Source of the DNA: Hyphochytrium catenoides
Lineage: Eukaryota > Protista > Hyphochytriomycota
Reading direction: 5' to 3'
NCBI GenBank assembly: GCA_900088475.1
Contig: FLMG01003379.1
Coordinates: 18,727 to 82,726 of the forward strand
DNA length: 64,000 nucleotides
Program-made: the position numbers and the translations under genes
Shown: positions 1 through 12,450 of the stretch, piece by piece
Position numbering within the stretch: position 1 is the first letter of the stretch
Layout: every line of letters begins with the position of its first letter
Notes under the pieces: model-generated
The model's database searches: none
Told to the model about the DNA's origin: nothing
The model's input: the letters and a program-made list of their open reading frames with translations, nothing else

Positions 1-3000
1 CCTCTCGATGGCCCTTGGGGTGGGGTGACCTGGACATGGCGATTAATAAACCATTCACCGGAAATACTAGTTAGAAGAGCGACTATCTCTAAGGGAGAGA
101 GCCGCAGAGACCAACAACGCAACTGGACTCGCAAGATCTTAAAAGGAAGATCAAAATAGATACACAGTTTGAAGAGCAATGTGGCCCATAGGACTGTCCA
201 CAAACTTACACTAGACGGCCAGTACTAAGTACCCAGCAGCGAAAGTTCAGCTTGGGCCCATAGTCCTACAGAGAATGGTGCGGAGAGGCAACAAAAAAGA
301 ATATGTTAGAAACAGCTCGGCGCTCCTGAAGGCTAACACTCTAGAAAGAAATAAAGTAAGAGCGCAGAACCCGCGACACCAGGACCCCATAAATGGTCCT
401 AACCTTCGATAGGAAGTCATACAGCCTTCTGGCCTTCTTGGATGTTGCAGCAGAAAAGCCGCAGGCAGACGCAAAATCTTCAAAGGTAATTAGCCCTTTC
501 CTATCAGATTTATACCACCAGAAGTTAACGGACGTGAAGACTAGTAACGAAGTACAGTCAGCGGAAAGCAGCTCTTTAGAAGCTCAAAGTCACTGGGAAG
601 AAGCTAGGTCATACTCCGGTAAAGATGCCACAAGTGAGAATGTAAGGGACCAAGATTTAGCCGGCCCAACAATGGAGGGAGGGTGGGAGACAGACCTTGA
701 AGTGTCAATTCTAGCAAAAGCTGTGAGGGCGGCCTTGCAGAAGTTGATTCCGCAGCCTTTGCCATACCGCGCCCTCGCCTCGTAGACCGCAAAATCTCCG
801 ATATTCACCCGCAACCTCTTTGCAGCCTTCAGCAGGCGCTCATCATCAAAATTGTGCTCTGTCACCTTTGCCTATAATAAAAAGGGATGAAGATGAGGGG
901 TGATAAAGGTCAAACGGGAAGGAGAGAGGAGGATCACATGTTTGACACTATCGACCGCAATGAAAGGTGCCCGTGACACTCGTGAGACAAAAAGGTATGG
1001 CACGGTAAACAACGAAAGGCGTTAAGGTAGAGGAGCTGCACGGGTGAGAGGAGTACTTTAAAAGCCAACTTCTCTCTATTCGAGTACCTTCATTGCCACC
1101 CCCATGTACTTCCTAACATTTTCTGCAAAAAGGATGGGATTGCGTCTTTCCTCCTCTGAAGGGTGATAGTCCGGCAACCACTCCACTGTCAGAGTCTGGT
1201 TGATCTGAGACAGACAATACCAGAGGAACTTCAAGGAGTTCTACATGGGCAAGCGGTGAGGATATCAATAGGATGGGGATCATTGCTGTGGCCCGGCCTC
1301 CAGCAGAGTTGAACCGAGGATGGGAGAGGTTAGATCGCTCTAGCGGGAGGAATCAGTAGGTGAGCTCTATATGATAGCAGCAGCTTACCCCGTTAGTGGT
1401 GAAGGAGGGATCGAATCGCTGGTAGTCGTACTTAAGGATAACGGGAGAGACTGGAATCCCAGGAAGAAAAGCTCCCGGCTTAAATTGTGTCAGATAACGC
1501 GCATTCGCTGTGGTTCCCTAGGTAAGACAAGGCAAAGTAAGCGTGTCTTGATTGAGCTGGTGCTTGGAATACTAGATGGGACGGGAAGCGCCAAGGAAAA
1601 GTGAAGTACATAAGGGAAGGAATCTCTTTCTTGAGGCCGAAGAGCTGAATATTGAGAATTGAAGGCAGATTGAGAGGCGAAGCATAACGCTATCTCTGGA
1701 CAATACCTGCGGGAACATAACAATTGGAGGGAAGCAGCCTGACTTTGCCTTCTCAATAATAGCTCTCTTGGCCTTCTCTCTGCCATCAGGTGTATCTACG
1801 TAAGCATAAACGTATATACCAGACAATGAAGTTAGAAAACCATCAAAGAGAAGTACAGCTCAGCAAGAAGAGCCGGTAGGAAGAGCAGACTCCATGTTAT
1901 GACGCTCTTACCTCTCTCCACCAGTATAACACGGTGAGCCCTAGCTATGGTGTTAAATAATGGGACCTTAACGATACTCTTCTTCCCCATCGCTGCAGGA
2001 AGGGACAACCATACATGGACGATTATGTCCCAGATCGTCACATCTGCATTCAAAGGGAAAAAAGATCATGAGCAAGCAGACGAGGCGATGCACAGAGCCG
2101 AGAAGCACCTCTTTTTTTAGGTAGCACAGACAAGGTAAAGCGGTCAGGAAAGCAGGATAAGAGTTGTAAGGGACGGTCACATATTCACGCAAATGGGTCT
2201 CAGGTTTGTTGGCCGGTAGCTTACGGTTAGAGACAATGATCGGCGCATTCCCTCTTTTGCCCTTGACCTTAATATAGTTGTATCCGAAGGCCCAAAGCAT
2301 AGTTCTAGTTAAACCGTCAGTTAGCACAGCTGCCATATCGTGACAGGAGACAAAGCAGGTAGATAACCACAAGATTCATTGGGAGAAAAGAGAAAGAGAG
2401 CAAGAGATAAGGACTTGGCAGAGGTTGCTGTTTCTAACGTCACCTCGCTAAGAGCTTGGTAGGGTAAATGAGGCATCGTCGCCGCGGAGGTAGGGGATCA
2501 TCGCTTCCTCCCTTCCACATGAAGGTTGCGAGAAATGAAAGCCACCAGAACTGAGGGGTGATCGGTGTTAGCTGTCTGATCTGTCTAGCATAACTCTCTG
2601 TAACCTCTTTCTCCCTCTATGTGGTCCCTTCCCACTTCCCAGCCTGTACTGCTACCTTCCCACTAATCCAGTCTTCTGGCTCCATCTCTCCCTTCTGCCA
2701 GCCTTGGACTCTTCCAATGTCTTCTCCCTATTTAGCCAGATGGTCCATAGAGGTACAAAATCCTTACCCCAAAAAGACAGCTGATGACGACAATCAGCCG
2801 GAAGAGCGGGACAAACAGCGCAGACATACCCAAGAGCTTCATACTCTCTCGCAGTCCCTTCTTGTAGCTCCAGTAGAAAGGATGATCCTCAATTTTTCCT
2901 CTGTCCCTCCTGTTCAGGAGCTTGCGATGTTCGGCATCAAGCATGTCCATTGCCTGAGGGTTGCTGCTAATCTCCAGCTCCTCTTGATCGAACTTATCCT

Positions 3001-3133
3001 CTGCCCAGCTCTCTCTTCCCATTGCTTCTGAGTCAGCCAAATCAAGAAGCCTTTGACCCTCTTGAGCTGTATGGCTTGTTTCAATAGAGGGCCGACAAGC
3101 GAGCTCCGAATCATCCTCCTGGGACATCATCAT
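1..3133 (-). CDS. Lysophospholipid acyltransferase (LPCAT/LPEAT-like, AGPAT family) with C-terminal EF-hand; multi-exon, 3' end probably runs off the window
   Basis: Spliced exons give an N-terminal TM segment, motif I IIVSN-H-VTIWD (HxxxxD across an intron), VILVERD, motif III MFPQ|GTTAN, FKPGAFLPGIPVSPVILKY, EWLPDYHPSEEERRNPILFAENVRKYM and the EF-hand-like loop DTSRKGLITFEDF. Confidence 0.9.
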
Positions 3134-4129
3134 ATTCTGCAGAACTTCTCTTGAGCGCCGCAGCTTCGAATAGACTAGCTTCGCTGCAAAACAGCCGAGC
3201 CTTAGCCCAAGCCGCTGATAACCCGCAGAGTGACAGCCGAGAGGAGGAGAGAGAAAGCGTGGACAAACTTAGCTTTCCTGGATACCCTTGCAGCGACGTT
3301 GTACCATCCCTATCCCTATCAGGCCACCTCAGCCCATCGAACTCAACGATTAGACTCCTTCTAAGCTGTACCGTATGATAGTACAGCACAAAGTCTCAGT
3401 TTATCGTCTTCTCTTCAGATGCTCACGGGATGAAGAATCTTCCTAAAGCTTCAGAATGCACTCATCGCGGACATTTGGGAGAGCTCCAAAAACTGAACTT
3501 CGGACGTGTGTATGTCCCACTTCTGAACGTGAAATATTTCTCTTCCTTCATAGTTGCACTGGTGTCCATATAGGGCTATTATGAGGGACTGAATTGAAAC
3601 TATTCACAGAGCAATTATAGTAGAAAGGAAATAATGGCTGCTAACGGTATTTTTGTTATTTTTCGTAATTTCGACAGGAGGCGAAACCGTCGGGTTGGGT
3701 TTGAAGATGCGGCGGTGAGAGCGGCGGATCCCCGCAATAAATCTTAGGCTTCGCGGCACTTCCTACTACTGTAGTTCTGATGCCTGTCTAAAGTTCTCGT
3801 TACAAATCAGTTGTTGCCGCTCTCATGCTTCTAAGTTGGGCTCCGCGCTCCATGGACCTCTGCATAAGGGATGAATTACTGCCAGAGACAGAGTGAGGTG
3901 AGCCACTGTGGATCCGCAAAGCTGTTTACGTGGCCTATGGCAAACGGAGAACTTTCGGAGACAATGACAGAGCGACAGTGCCTTTCTGTTACCCTACAGA
4001 GTCCCATTAGCATCTCAGCCAACATTCTCTTTCCCCTGGAAAGTGAGAAGGATAAACGAAGAGCAAAGGAAGAAATTTATATGGTTAAGTAAACAACTGT
4101 CTCTCACAGACTCACTAAGTAGTGGTTGT

Positions 4130-7100
4130 CTACTGTGCCGACGCATATTGAGCATAATATGTGGTGGCAGGGACCTGTGACGCCGCTGTGGCTGGATAGC
4201 CTGTCGATGGGGTCGTCACATTGCCTGTCGCTGCGTAGGCTGCTCCGCTGTAGGCTGTGGGCGCCACAGCCGCTGTGCCACTTGCTGTGGCAGTTTGGCT
4301 GTATCCTGCCGCTGAATATCCAGGATAACTTTGGGCGTAAGCCGCAGGATCGTAGCCCTATCGGCCCGCATGGAATAGAGTGTAAGAAAGGTTATCATGG
4401 ACCACTAAAAGGGAGGAAAGCTTGCTAACCTGATATGCAGCCATTTGAGTTGCATCATAGCTTTGGTAAGAGGCATAATCAGCTCCAGTACCAGCCGCAG
4501 CTCCATAATATCCATCGCCATATCTCGCTTGCTTGTTCTAAACAAAAATCGTTCATATAACATTGATGAGCATACAGTATCCTCAAACCTTTATAGCGGC
4601 GAGCTACCTCCTGCGCTTACCGGATTGCTATCCTCCATAGCGATTGATCCCCGCTTCCTAGAGCCTGTCTTGATATTGGGAGCAGCTTTCTGATATCCAG
4701 ACTTCAGTTCTCTTAGTCCTTTCATGTCTGGCCCAAAATCCTCCAGAAAGTCAAGATGTGACTGCATAAGCTCCGCTCTATCGCCAGCAGCCAGCTGATT
4801 CCCTTCCGCCACAGCTTCTTTATACAGCGCATCCACTGAGGAAAAAAAATCTCTCTGCGGGTGTGACGTCTCGAAGGCAATCCTGGCCATCCATAGATAT
4901 TTGTTGTTCCTGATTGACTTTAAGGCATTGCCTAATGCCTCCCTTGCCGCTTTGACATTACCTAAGACCTAGCGACAACAAAGAGGCGTTAGAAACGACA
5001 AACATATAAGGGCGTAGAAATATCTAGTTTCTCCCTAGCATCTTAGACACATTTCTCCTCTTTTGCAAGCCGAATAATAGTTTCGGCTAAAGGCAAGTTG
5101 ACGTTGCTAAGACTTACCTTCTCTTGGTATCGGGACAGTTGGATGTATAGATAAGCCTGCGCCTCAGCGCCAGATGCCTCCGCTAAGGCGTCACTTAAAA
5201 TACTGACGGCGGCCTCTCTGCTACCCTGTCTTCTTTCAAAGTTGGCATACTTCACAGCAGCCTCCACTAACCCTTTCCCTATGTTACTAGGTTGACAGAA
5301 ATGCGGATTAACTTTGGCGTACATGCCACTGACAACACCATTACAAAGTCACGGGCAGATCGCCGAGCAGAAGAAGAGGACCAAGGGCGCGAGCGCGCAG
5401 TCTCAATCGCACGGACATGCCAAAATGGTATACAACGAATAGGTGAGATATTTACATAGCAACTGGCATCAAAGTAGAAGGGTTTACAGCGTAGTGGAAA
5501 GGCCACCGCAATGTAAGGTTGGAAAGACGACTACGTACTCTAAAATATGCCTGTATATCGCTCTGGCTTGCTCAACTTGGCCCCTAGCTTCCATAAAGTC
5601 CGCGAATGCCAGGTGCACATCTGATCGGTACTTCACAAACGTGGAGGTTGCCCTCCCGTACACAGCGTGTGCACTTTCCACTCCATCCCTAGCCTCCTGC
5701 ATCAACAAGAAACTTCAGTACTTTTGGGCCTGTCCGTCTAAGCTCGTCCATATCTTCCCTTGCGAGCACTTCTCTTCTTCACTGCCATATCTACTGAAGT
5801 TCAACCTTTGTTTCAAGTTCATTTTCCTTCTCACGGACCTTATAGTCTGCATAGCGAATCCAGAATTCGGAATAGTTTGCACAAGCGATTAGGCACCGTT
5901 CGTAGAGATGCTCAATGCGTCGGGAGTCGTTCTCTCCCTCTTCAAAGTCTAAATAGGTTCGCCAGTTTCGCAGTTGATCCTCCTCAAGAGGCTTCACGTG
6001 GTAGTAAGGCCGACGAATGCCTTGTTCGAAACTGCTTCGTCGAGCATACTCCGCTATATTGGCCTGTTCGGCGGTGAGGATTACAGAGTATGATGTCAGG
6101 CAAAGCGAAAGGGACCGAAGATGTAGTCGGACAACATATGAAACAAGGGCGAGTAACCCATTAGATGGACGTTTGATGACGATGCGAACAACGAAAGAAA
6201 TGCGTACACCAAGGCTAGAAGAGAACTTTGACTATCCTCAATGGCTTACGTCCTTGACCGCTTCGTACTTCCGTATCATGGCGATCTTCACGGCCTCCTG
6301 TGACGTCGTCTGGTTCTCTTCCGCCAATTGCTGGAGGATGAGGACAATGAGTTTGGAAGTCATACACTACAGAGTTCTATATTTTGAGATAATCGGCGCC
6401 TGGCCACTTTTATAGACGAAGTTACTGCTATTACTATGCACAATAAGAGGTGATACAAGTACAATGCCTAATTTTCAGGTGAGCAGAGTAAGAATAATTG
6501 GGAGCTAACCTTGTACTCTGTCTCCGGGACCAAGACGCTGACGGGATGATGGTCGCAAAGACTTAAAAATTGCTTCCAAATTGTGTCTAAGTTGCTGAGA
6601 GGCACGTAGAAGCATCGCTTGTATACAGCCACCACTCGACCAAAGTCATTCTAGGAGAACAACACCATAACCAGGTTAAAACATCCCGAGTAGGAACAAG
6701 GACAAAAGATGGAAATGAAGCGTGTCATAAGATGTATCCCTTGCAAGCACGAGACGAAGAGTAATGAGGCTCAAGCACGAGACGAAGAGTAATGAGGCTC
6801 AAGACGCCAACAACAACAAAAGGTAATTCTTGGATGGGGGATCATGCGGCACTATTGCGCGTACGATAGTGGAAGGTAACCCACCTGACCCCCTTCGAAG
6901 GCGATGTATCGCTCCCAGAGGTTGCCGCTTGTGGGATCCGCACCGACTACTTCGATTGCGCGCTCAAACACGCTGCAAGCGTCAGCGATGTCAGAGAAAG
7001 ACCGATCGATAAAGCAAAAACAATAAGGGAGTGCTCGGTACATCGGTTAAGCAATTGATTGATAAGAGAGAGACGGTCCCCATCTCTCCTCTTCTCTTCT

Positions 7101-8015
7101 GGACTCGCTCCAAGGCAGTGTCATGGCTATCAGCCAGCGGACGGACCATACCACGGGGCCTCGCCCAGTGGACCTCAAGCAGAGACAGAACCAAACCCTC
7201 AAACCTATTTCTACATGGGCTTTTCAGCACTCAGAGAACGTATGGAGGCCAACCCAAAAGCCAAAGAACGCAGCAGTTCTCGGCAAAGTGCGTGTACCTG
7301 CGGAGCTCATTTGGCTCTATGGTATTCCCTTGGGCGGTCAAAAATTTTATGTAGTTCAGCCACATATCCTACGTCAGAGGTTGGCACAACCATGTGGTCA
7401 ATGACTAGAGGGTGAAGACAAACAGTGCATGGTACCAGAACCTACCACGCTGTACTTCACTGCTTGTACTCCTCTTTCAAAAACGCCTTTCACCACTGCA
7501 TTGATGGCCGCTGACGTTAAACCTGTCATGAGTCCATACTTCTTCTCTAGTTCCGCGTACTGCAGTCACAATCCAAGGTCAGTAGCAGTCGATGAGTGGA
7601 GTCTCCCTACGTCAAATGCGTATGGTACCTTATTCCAATATCCATAGCACAGGGGAAACTCCTTTAGAAAGTGGTCGAATGTTCGTCTCACGAGGTCTAT
7701 ATCAATAGGAGTCTACCCCACACGTTGAGTCAGCTGCACAGAGCCAGCAGGAGAAAAGGTAACGCATACCTGCTTCTCGATAAGGGCAATGAGATCCTTC
7801 CACGAGTTAAAATCTAGCGGATTTTGCTGTACAGCATCCTGATACATCTGTAGAGGGCTAGGAGCTGCAACAGGAAGTCAGCCTAAATGACTGTTAAGAA
7901 TCACGCTCAGCAATTCGTATGGTCAGGTACCTTGAATTGTGTCACTAGAAGCGCCCTCATGTACTCCATTGGAAGTTCCGGCGTCTGTGGCCATCGCTTG
8001 CGTGCTTCCCTCCAT
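4130..8015 (-). CDS. PRP39: Pre-mRNA-processing factor 39 (U1 snRNP HAT-repeat protein), multi-exon
   Basis: Spliced peptides NPLDFNSW, FLKEFPLCYGYWNK|YAELE, VFERGVQAV..SVDMWLNY, FEQGIRRPYYHVKPL, NWRTYLDFEE and LYERCLIACANYSEFWIRY. Y/A/G/S/Q-rich tail ends at the TAG at 4130-4132. Confidence 0.95.
6744..6803. repeat. Perfect 28-bp tandem duplication in a PRP39 intron
   Basis: caagcacgagacgaagagtaatgaggct x2 followed by caag. Confidence 0.95.
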
Positions 8016-8583
8016 GGTGGGCGACCACCTCAGTAGCCCTTTCGCGCCAACCGACGAGAATACCTCCGCAGTAAGACCAAACAAGCCTTGCCGGCTACTT
8101 AGAGTGTGGTCTCACGCCAGCTGACCTTGGACTAGGTTCTTGAAGGGCAGATTTGAAGATAGCAACCGATCTACAAATGAGCTCTAAAAAAGAGTTACGG
8201 AGTAATAAAGAAGCTCAAACCGAACCAGAATTGCGCGGCTTCCATTTACGTGGTCTTTCGATGCGAAGGCCCAGATGGGAATGAAGCAAGAGAAAATGGA
8301 AAGGATGCAGAAAGAATCTGCGGCCATCTCTGCCAGAGAATCAAAGTCGCCCTTGATTGACCTCTATGTCATGGCCACATTGGAATAGTCCTATGAGTGC
8401 TAAAGTATATCTCAGCATGCATTGCTCCTCAGGTTATGGTCTTTTAGCGAGCAAAGAAGATCAATCCACATAATGCTACAAGATCTCTTGACGATAACCA
8501 ATATCTGATATTCTTGATACAATAGCAACTGACATCATGAACGTACATTGTTCATATCCTGGATACGTAGCACTGTGCTTTAA

Positions 8584-8692
8584 TTCAAAAAGATTGAAAA
8601 CCATAGGTTTTGAATGGCTGGTTGAGGATCTACATAAAGTACCAATCTAACCGTTAGATTGCGCGGGAAAATATGAATTTGTGGCCGTTAGC
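8584..8692. promoter_or_regulatory. Putative cell-cycle (G2/M) promoter module in the PRP39/CDC20 divergent intergenic region
   Basis: TTCAAA (8584) and TTTGAA (8609) CHR-type hexamers; CCAAT (8642); MSA TCTAACGGTTA on - (8648-8658); E2F TTTCCCGCGC on - (8661-8670); second MSA-like GCTAACGGCCA on - (8682-8692). Confidence 0.6.
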
Positions 8693-9124
8693 TGCAGATC
8701 AGGGTCCTGGCAACGACAGGGAGAGGGAGTAGGAGAGAAGCTTCACCAAAGTCCCACCATCATGGCCAGTGCGCTAATGTTCCTACAAGTAGTGGATTTG
8801 TTTGCTTGAGACCCAAGAGTCAAACACAGAGATCCAGCGTATGCGCTAGGTGTTATTACAGGGACAACTGACAAGCACAGCTTTCTTCAAGGGCTGGCTG
8901 GCTAGGAAGTGCTCCTTTCTCTTGCCTCTCTTCTCCTCTCCTTCCCTCTGGCGCGCCTATCATCTCTGACGTTCAGTCTTCGACTTTCCAAACCCCACAA
9001 ACATCTATCCAGCTAAAAAAGCTCGCCCTCGTGGCCCTCAAGACTTACTGTCCGTACCGGGCAAACCCCATACCCCTAACGTTTTACTCTATCCGTTTTA
9101 CTTCTCTCTTCACACACAGGCATA

Positions 9125-10657
9125 ATGTCATCGGAAGTGGTCGAGATGGAGACCCTCCTGGATCTCAACACACCCGTGCACAGTAATGTGCTGCCAAGAT
9201 GGCAGCGGAAGGCGCTCATGGCCCACACTCCTAGTAAGGCGACCGGTACACCGAAGCGCAAGACACCCGGAAGAAACACGAAGACACCTTCGAAGGTAAA
9301 CCTCCGACTTGAATGGCTTTCAGACGGCCCAGACTGACGAGGGCCCTATTTGTCACAGAGCGACCGGTTCATTCCCAACCGGGCGGCCATGGATATGGAC
9401 ATCTCGCACTATCACCTTACAAAGGGCAACGAGAACGCCTATCCCGACAATCAGAGCGAGAATTCAACCCAAGCAGAGTTCAAGAAGACACTTGCCGCAA
9501 GTTTGTTCAACGGCAACACAGCGGCTGAAGGAGGCAAAGAACATCGCGTCTTAGCATTCCGAAACAAGGCACCCGCACCTAAGGAAGGGTACTCCAATAC
9601 TCTGAAGGTCCTCTATTCCCAGAACAAAACTGCTGGCGTTTCTACCAAAGTCACGAGACACATTCCATCAGCGCCAACTCGCATTCTTGACGCTCCTGAG
9701 CTTATTGATGACTACTACCTCAACCTTATTTCTTGGGGCGCAAGGAACATTCTAGCTGTGGCTCTGGGACAGTCAGTCTACCTTTGGAATGCCGAGACTG
9801 GCTCAATTGAAGAACTGATGCAGTGCTCAGAGCCAGATGATTACGTGACCTCCGTGTCCTGGATCAAGGAAGGAGGAAATCATTTGGCAATTGGCACGAA
9901 TTATGCTGATGTCCAGATTTGGGACGCGTCTGCTGTCAAGCAGGTGCGCTCCATGTCGGGTCATGAGGCTAGAGTAAGCAGTCTGGCTTGGAACTCGCAC
10001 ATCCTGTCTTCTGGCTCAAGAGATTCCACCATCATCAACCATGACGTCAGAATAGCCCAGCATCACGTTGCTACTCTTGCTGGACATCAGCAAGAGGTAT
10101 GCGGTCTCACCTGGTCTCCAGATGGCACAACACTTGCTTCCGGGGGCAACGACAACCTTCTATGTCTCTGGGATGCTGCCTTCAGCGGTGGGACCCATCA
10201 GCCAAGGTTTACTCTGAGCCACCACCAGGCCGCCGTCAAGGCTCTGGCATGGTGCCCATGGGAGAGAAATTTGCTTGCCTCTGGAGGAGGAACTGCTGAC
10301 CGCACCATCAAGTTCTGGAACTCTACAAACGGGGCTTTGCTGAACTCCATCGATACAGGCTCTCAAGTCTGTTCTCTCCTATGGTCACCTACGGAGAAGG
10401 AGATCCTCTCATCTCATGGGTTCTCACAGAATCAGCTCTGCCTCTGGAAGTACCCTTCCATGGCCAAGATTAAGGAGTTGACAGGCCATACTGCGCGTGT
10501 GCTCCATATGGCAGCCTCACCCGACAACTCATGCGTTGTCTCTGCGGCAGCGGACGAGACTCTTCGTTTTTGGAATGTGTTCGCGAGCTCCAAGAGCGCC
10601 AAGAAGGCGGAAGACATCTCAAGGAGTCAGCTCATGAGCACCATGAGAATCAGGTAA
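9125..10657 (+). CDS. CDC20: Cell division cycle protein 20 / fizzy (APC/C co-activator), 2 coding exons (9125-9295, 9359-10657), about 489 aa
   Basis: N-terminal LPRWQRK and several TP CDK sites; C-box DRFIPNR; Mad2-binding-like RVLAF..KAP; ILDAPELIDDYYLNL; seven WD40 repeats; C-terminal IR tail (MRIR*). Confidence 0.97.
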
Positions 10658-12014
10658 GGAGCAGGTAAGAGGTCGTTCACTAGAGAGACAAGCAAGAGTT
10701 GCCTTCGCTGCACTTACCTAGTTATTTATTCTTATTTATTTTGTTACTCGATGAACATCAAAGAGGCAGAGAGAGAGAACTTGACAGGGCAAAGCAGCAA
10801 AGCGTATTTATTTGCTTGAGTCCTTTTATATATCGGGAGTTTGCTATGAGGTTGTACTCTTCTCTCTCTGTTGGGCTTGCATGTCTGTGTGATCTTATGG
10901 AGTTTGGATGCTCGGCCACTGACCTGCTGACCCTAGTGCTTCCCTTCCTACATTAGCGTGGCTCCCGTGTTTGTCAACACGTCCACGGCACACATTGAGG
11001 AGAAAATTTGATCGTTTGGCTCATACGTCGCCGATGCTGTTCTTTGTTATGTTTAGGGTCTTTGGCTAGCTGATTATAGAGAAGAGTGTAGCGTAGCGGT
11101 GAAGAGAGTTGAGATGATTTTGGGAGGTTGAGCTCGACATACCTGTTCCTCTGGCTAAGGCCAAGAGGCGCAACAGAGAATTCAGTTTCTAGCGTGGAGA
11201 AACAAAAGGGAGACGGAGGAAGAGGTTGCTTCAAGGCAAGGAGCTATGGCAATCTGACGCACAGCGAGTGATCGGAGAACACGGCTGCAATGCAAGGCAG
11301 TAGCAGAAACACTTTTTTCTACTTTCGAGCTGAATTTGGTAGAGTAACAAGCACTTCACTAGTTTGACCTCGAGAAATGGCTCCTAAAGCATTTGGTCAG
11401 CCTCCATGATCAAGGCCACACTCCTATCCTCTTCTGGTGTCTCTCACTCGCGCTGTACCCGGCGGAAGATTACAGGCTCTCTCTCCTGTCTGCCCTCCAC
11501 GACGTCCGCTCCCTGTTAGCTTTTCTCTGTAGGCTGAGTGAAGAGAGCGTAGCCTTAGCGCGATGTAGATAAGTCAGTTCAAGGAGTTCCTAAGCTCCTA
11601 GTAGTAAATCCAGCACCGTCTCACACCATTATCCTCCCCAGATGGAGATCAGTGCACATGAGAAGGATCCTGTTCTCTTTATTCCTCCTCGCTCTTGAGA
11701 CCATTACTATGCATTAGAGTTCTCTTGTAGGCGCTCAGCGCCCGGTTCATAGTGTCATTTGCTACTGCCACTTGATGAGCAGTTCTATGCCCGTCCACTG
11801 GCTCACTGGTAAGCGTTAGGCCCTTCTAAACACCTCGTACTGAGGCTGGCTAAGAGCCATCGTTCAGTTTGGTCAATCAGTAGCACTCCTCGTTCCTATG
11901 AATAGTTCAAATGACTGGGGACCGGACAACGACAACGTCAGTCACTGAAACCACAGTCTCCTTCTTTGCCCAAAGACCCGGCCTCTGTGCTACTACTCGT
12001 TCCTGCCTCATAAT

Positions 12015-12116
12015 GCTGCTGCTGCGACTGAACAGGATCTGAGCTGCTGCTGCGAGGACTGAACAGGATCTGAGCTGCTGCTGCTGCGACTGAACAGGAT
12101 CTGAGCTGCTGCTGCT
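12015..12116. repeat. Imperfect minisatellite, three 28-31 bp units
   Basis: (gct)3-4 gcga(gga)ctgaacaggatctga repeated 3 times, then gctgctgctgct. Confidence 0.9.
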
Positions 12117-12450
12117 AAACAGTCTGGTGCTGCTCCTCTCTCGCTCGCTGTGAAGCAGATAGGAAGGAATGCAGAATCTAGCGGGTAACGGCCGCTCCGT
12201 CAGATGAGCTTGCCTCCTCCTTCCCTCCTGTACCGAAGACCTTTGCTTATCTTATTAGACCTGATCCTGAGTGCTTGAGCCTGAAGCAAGTCGCGCCTGG
12301 GCTCAGTCGTGGCAAGAGCTCTGTCTGCCGACTACTAGCACGTGTACTCTTTCCACGGCACGCTTGGAAGTGCCCTTCTTCTGCTGGGCAACATCTCCAT
12401 CACTCCGAAGTTCCTCTTATTACTGGCACCGCGGCGGAGGGACGAGAAAA

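Noticed and set aside
11768-11850. Possible C/D-box snoRNA (TGATGA..CTGA with gcca/tggc ends)
   Set aside because: No convincing rRNA-complementary guide recognised and the terminal stem is weak. It would need snoscan/Infernal.
12015-12116. Repeat array as a possible CRISPR
   Set aside because: The units abut with no unique spacers, there are no cas genes, and the context is eukaryotic. It is an ordinary minisatellite.
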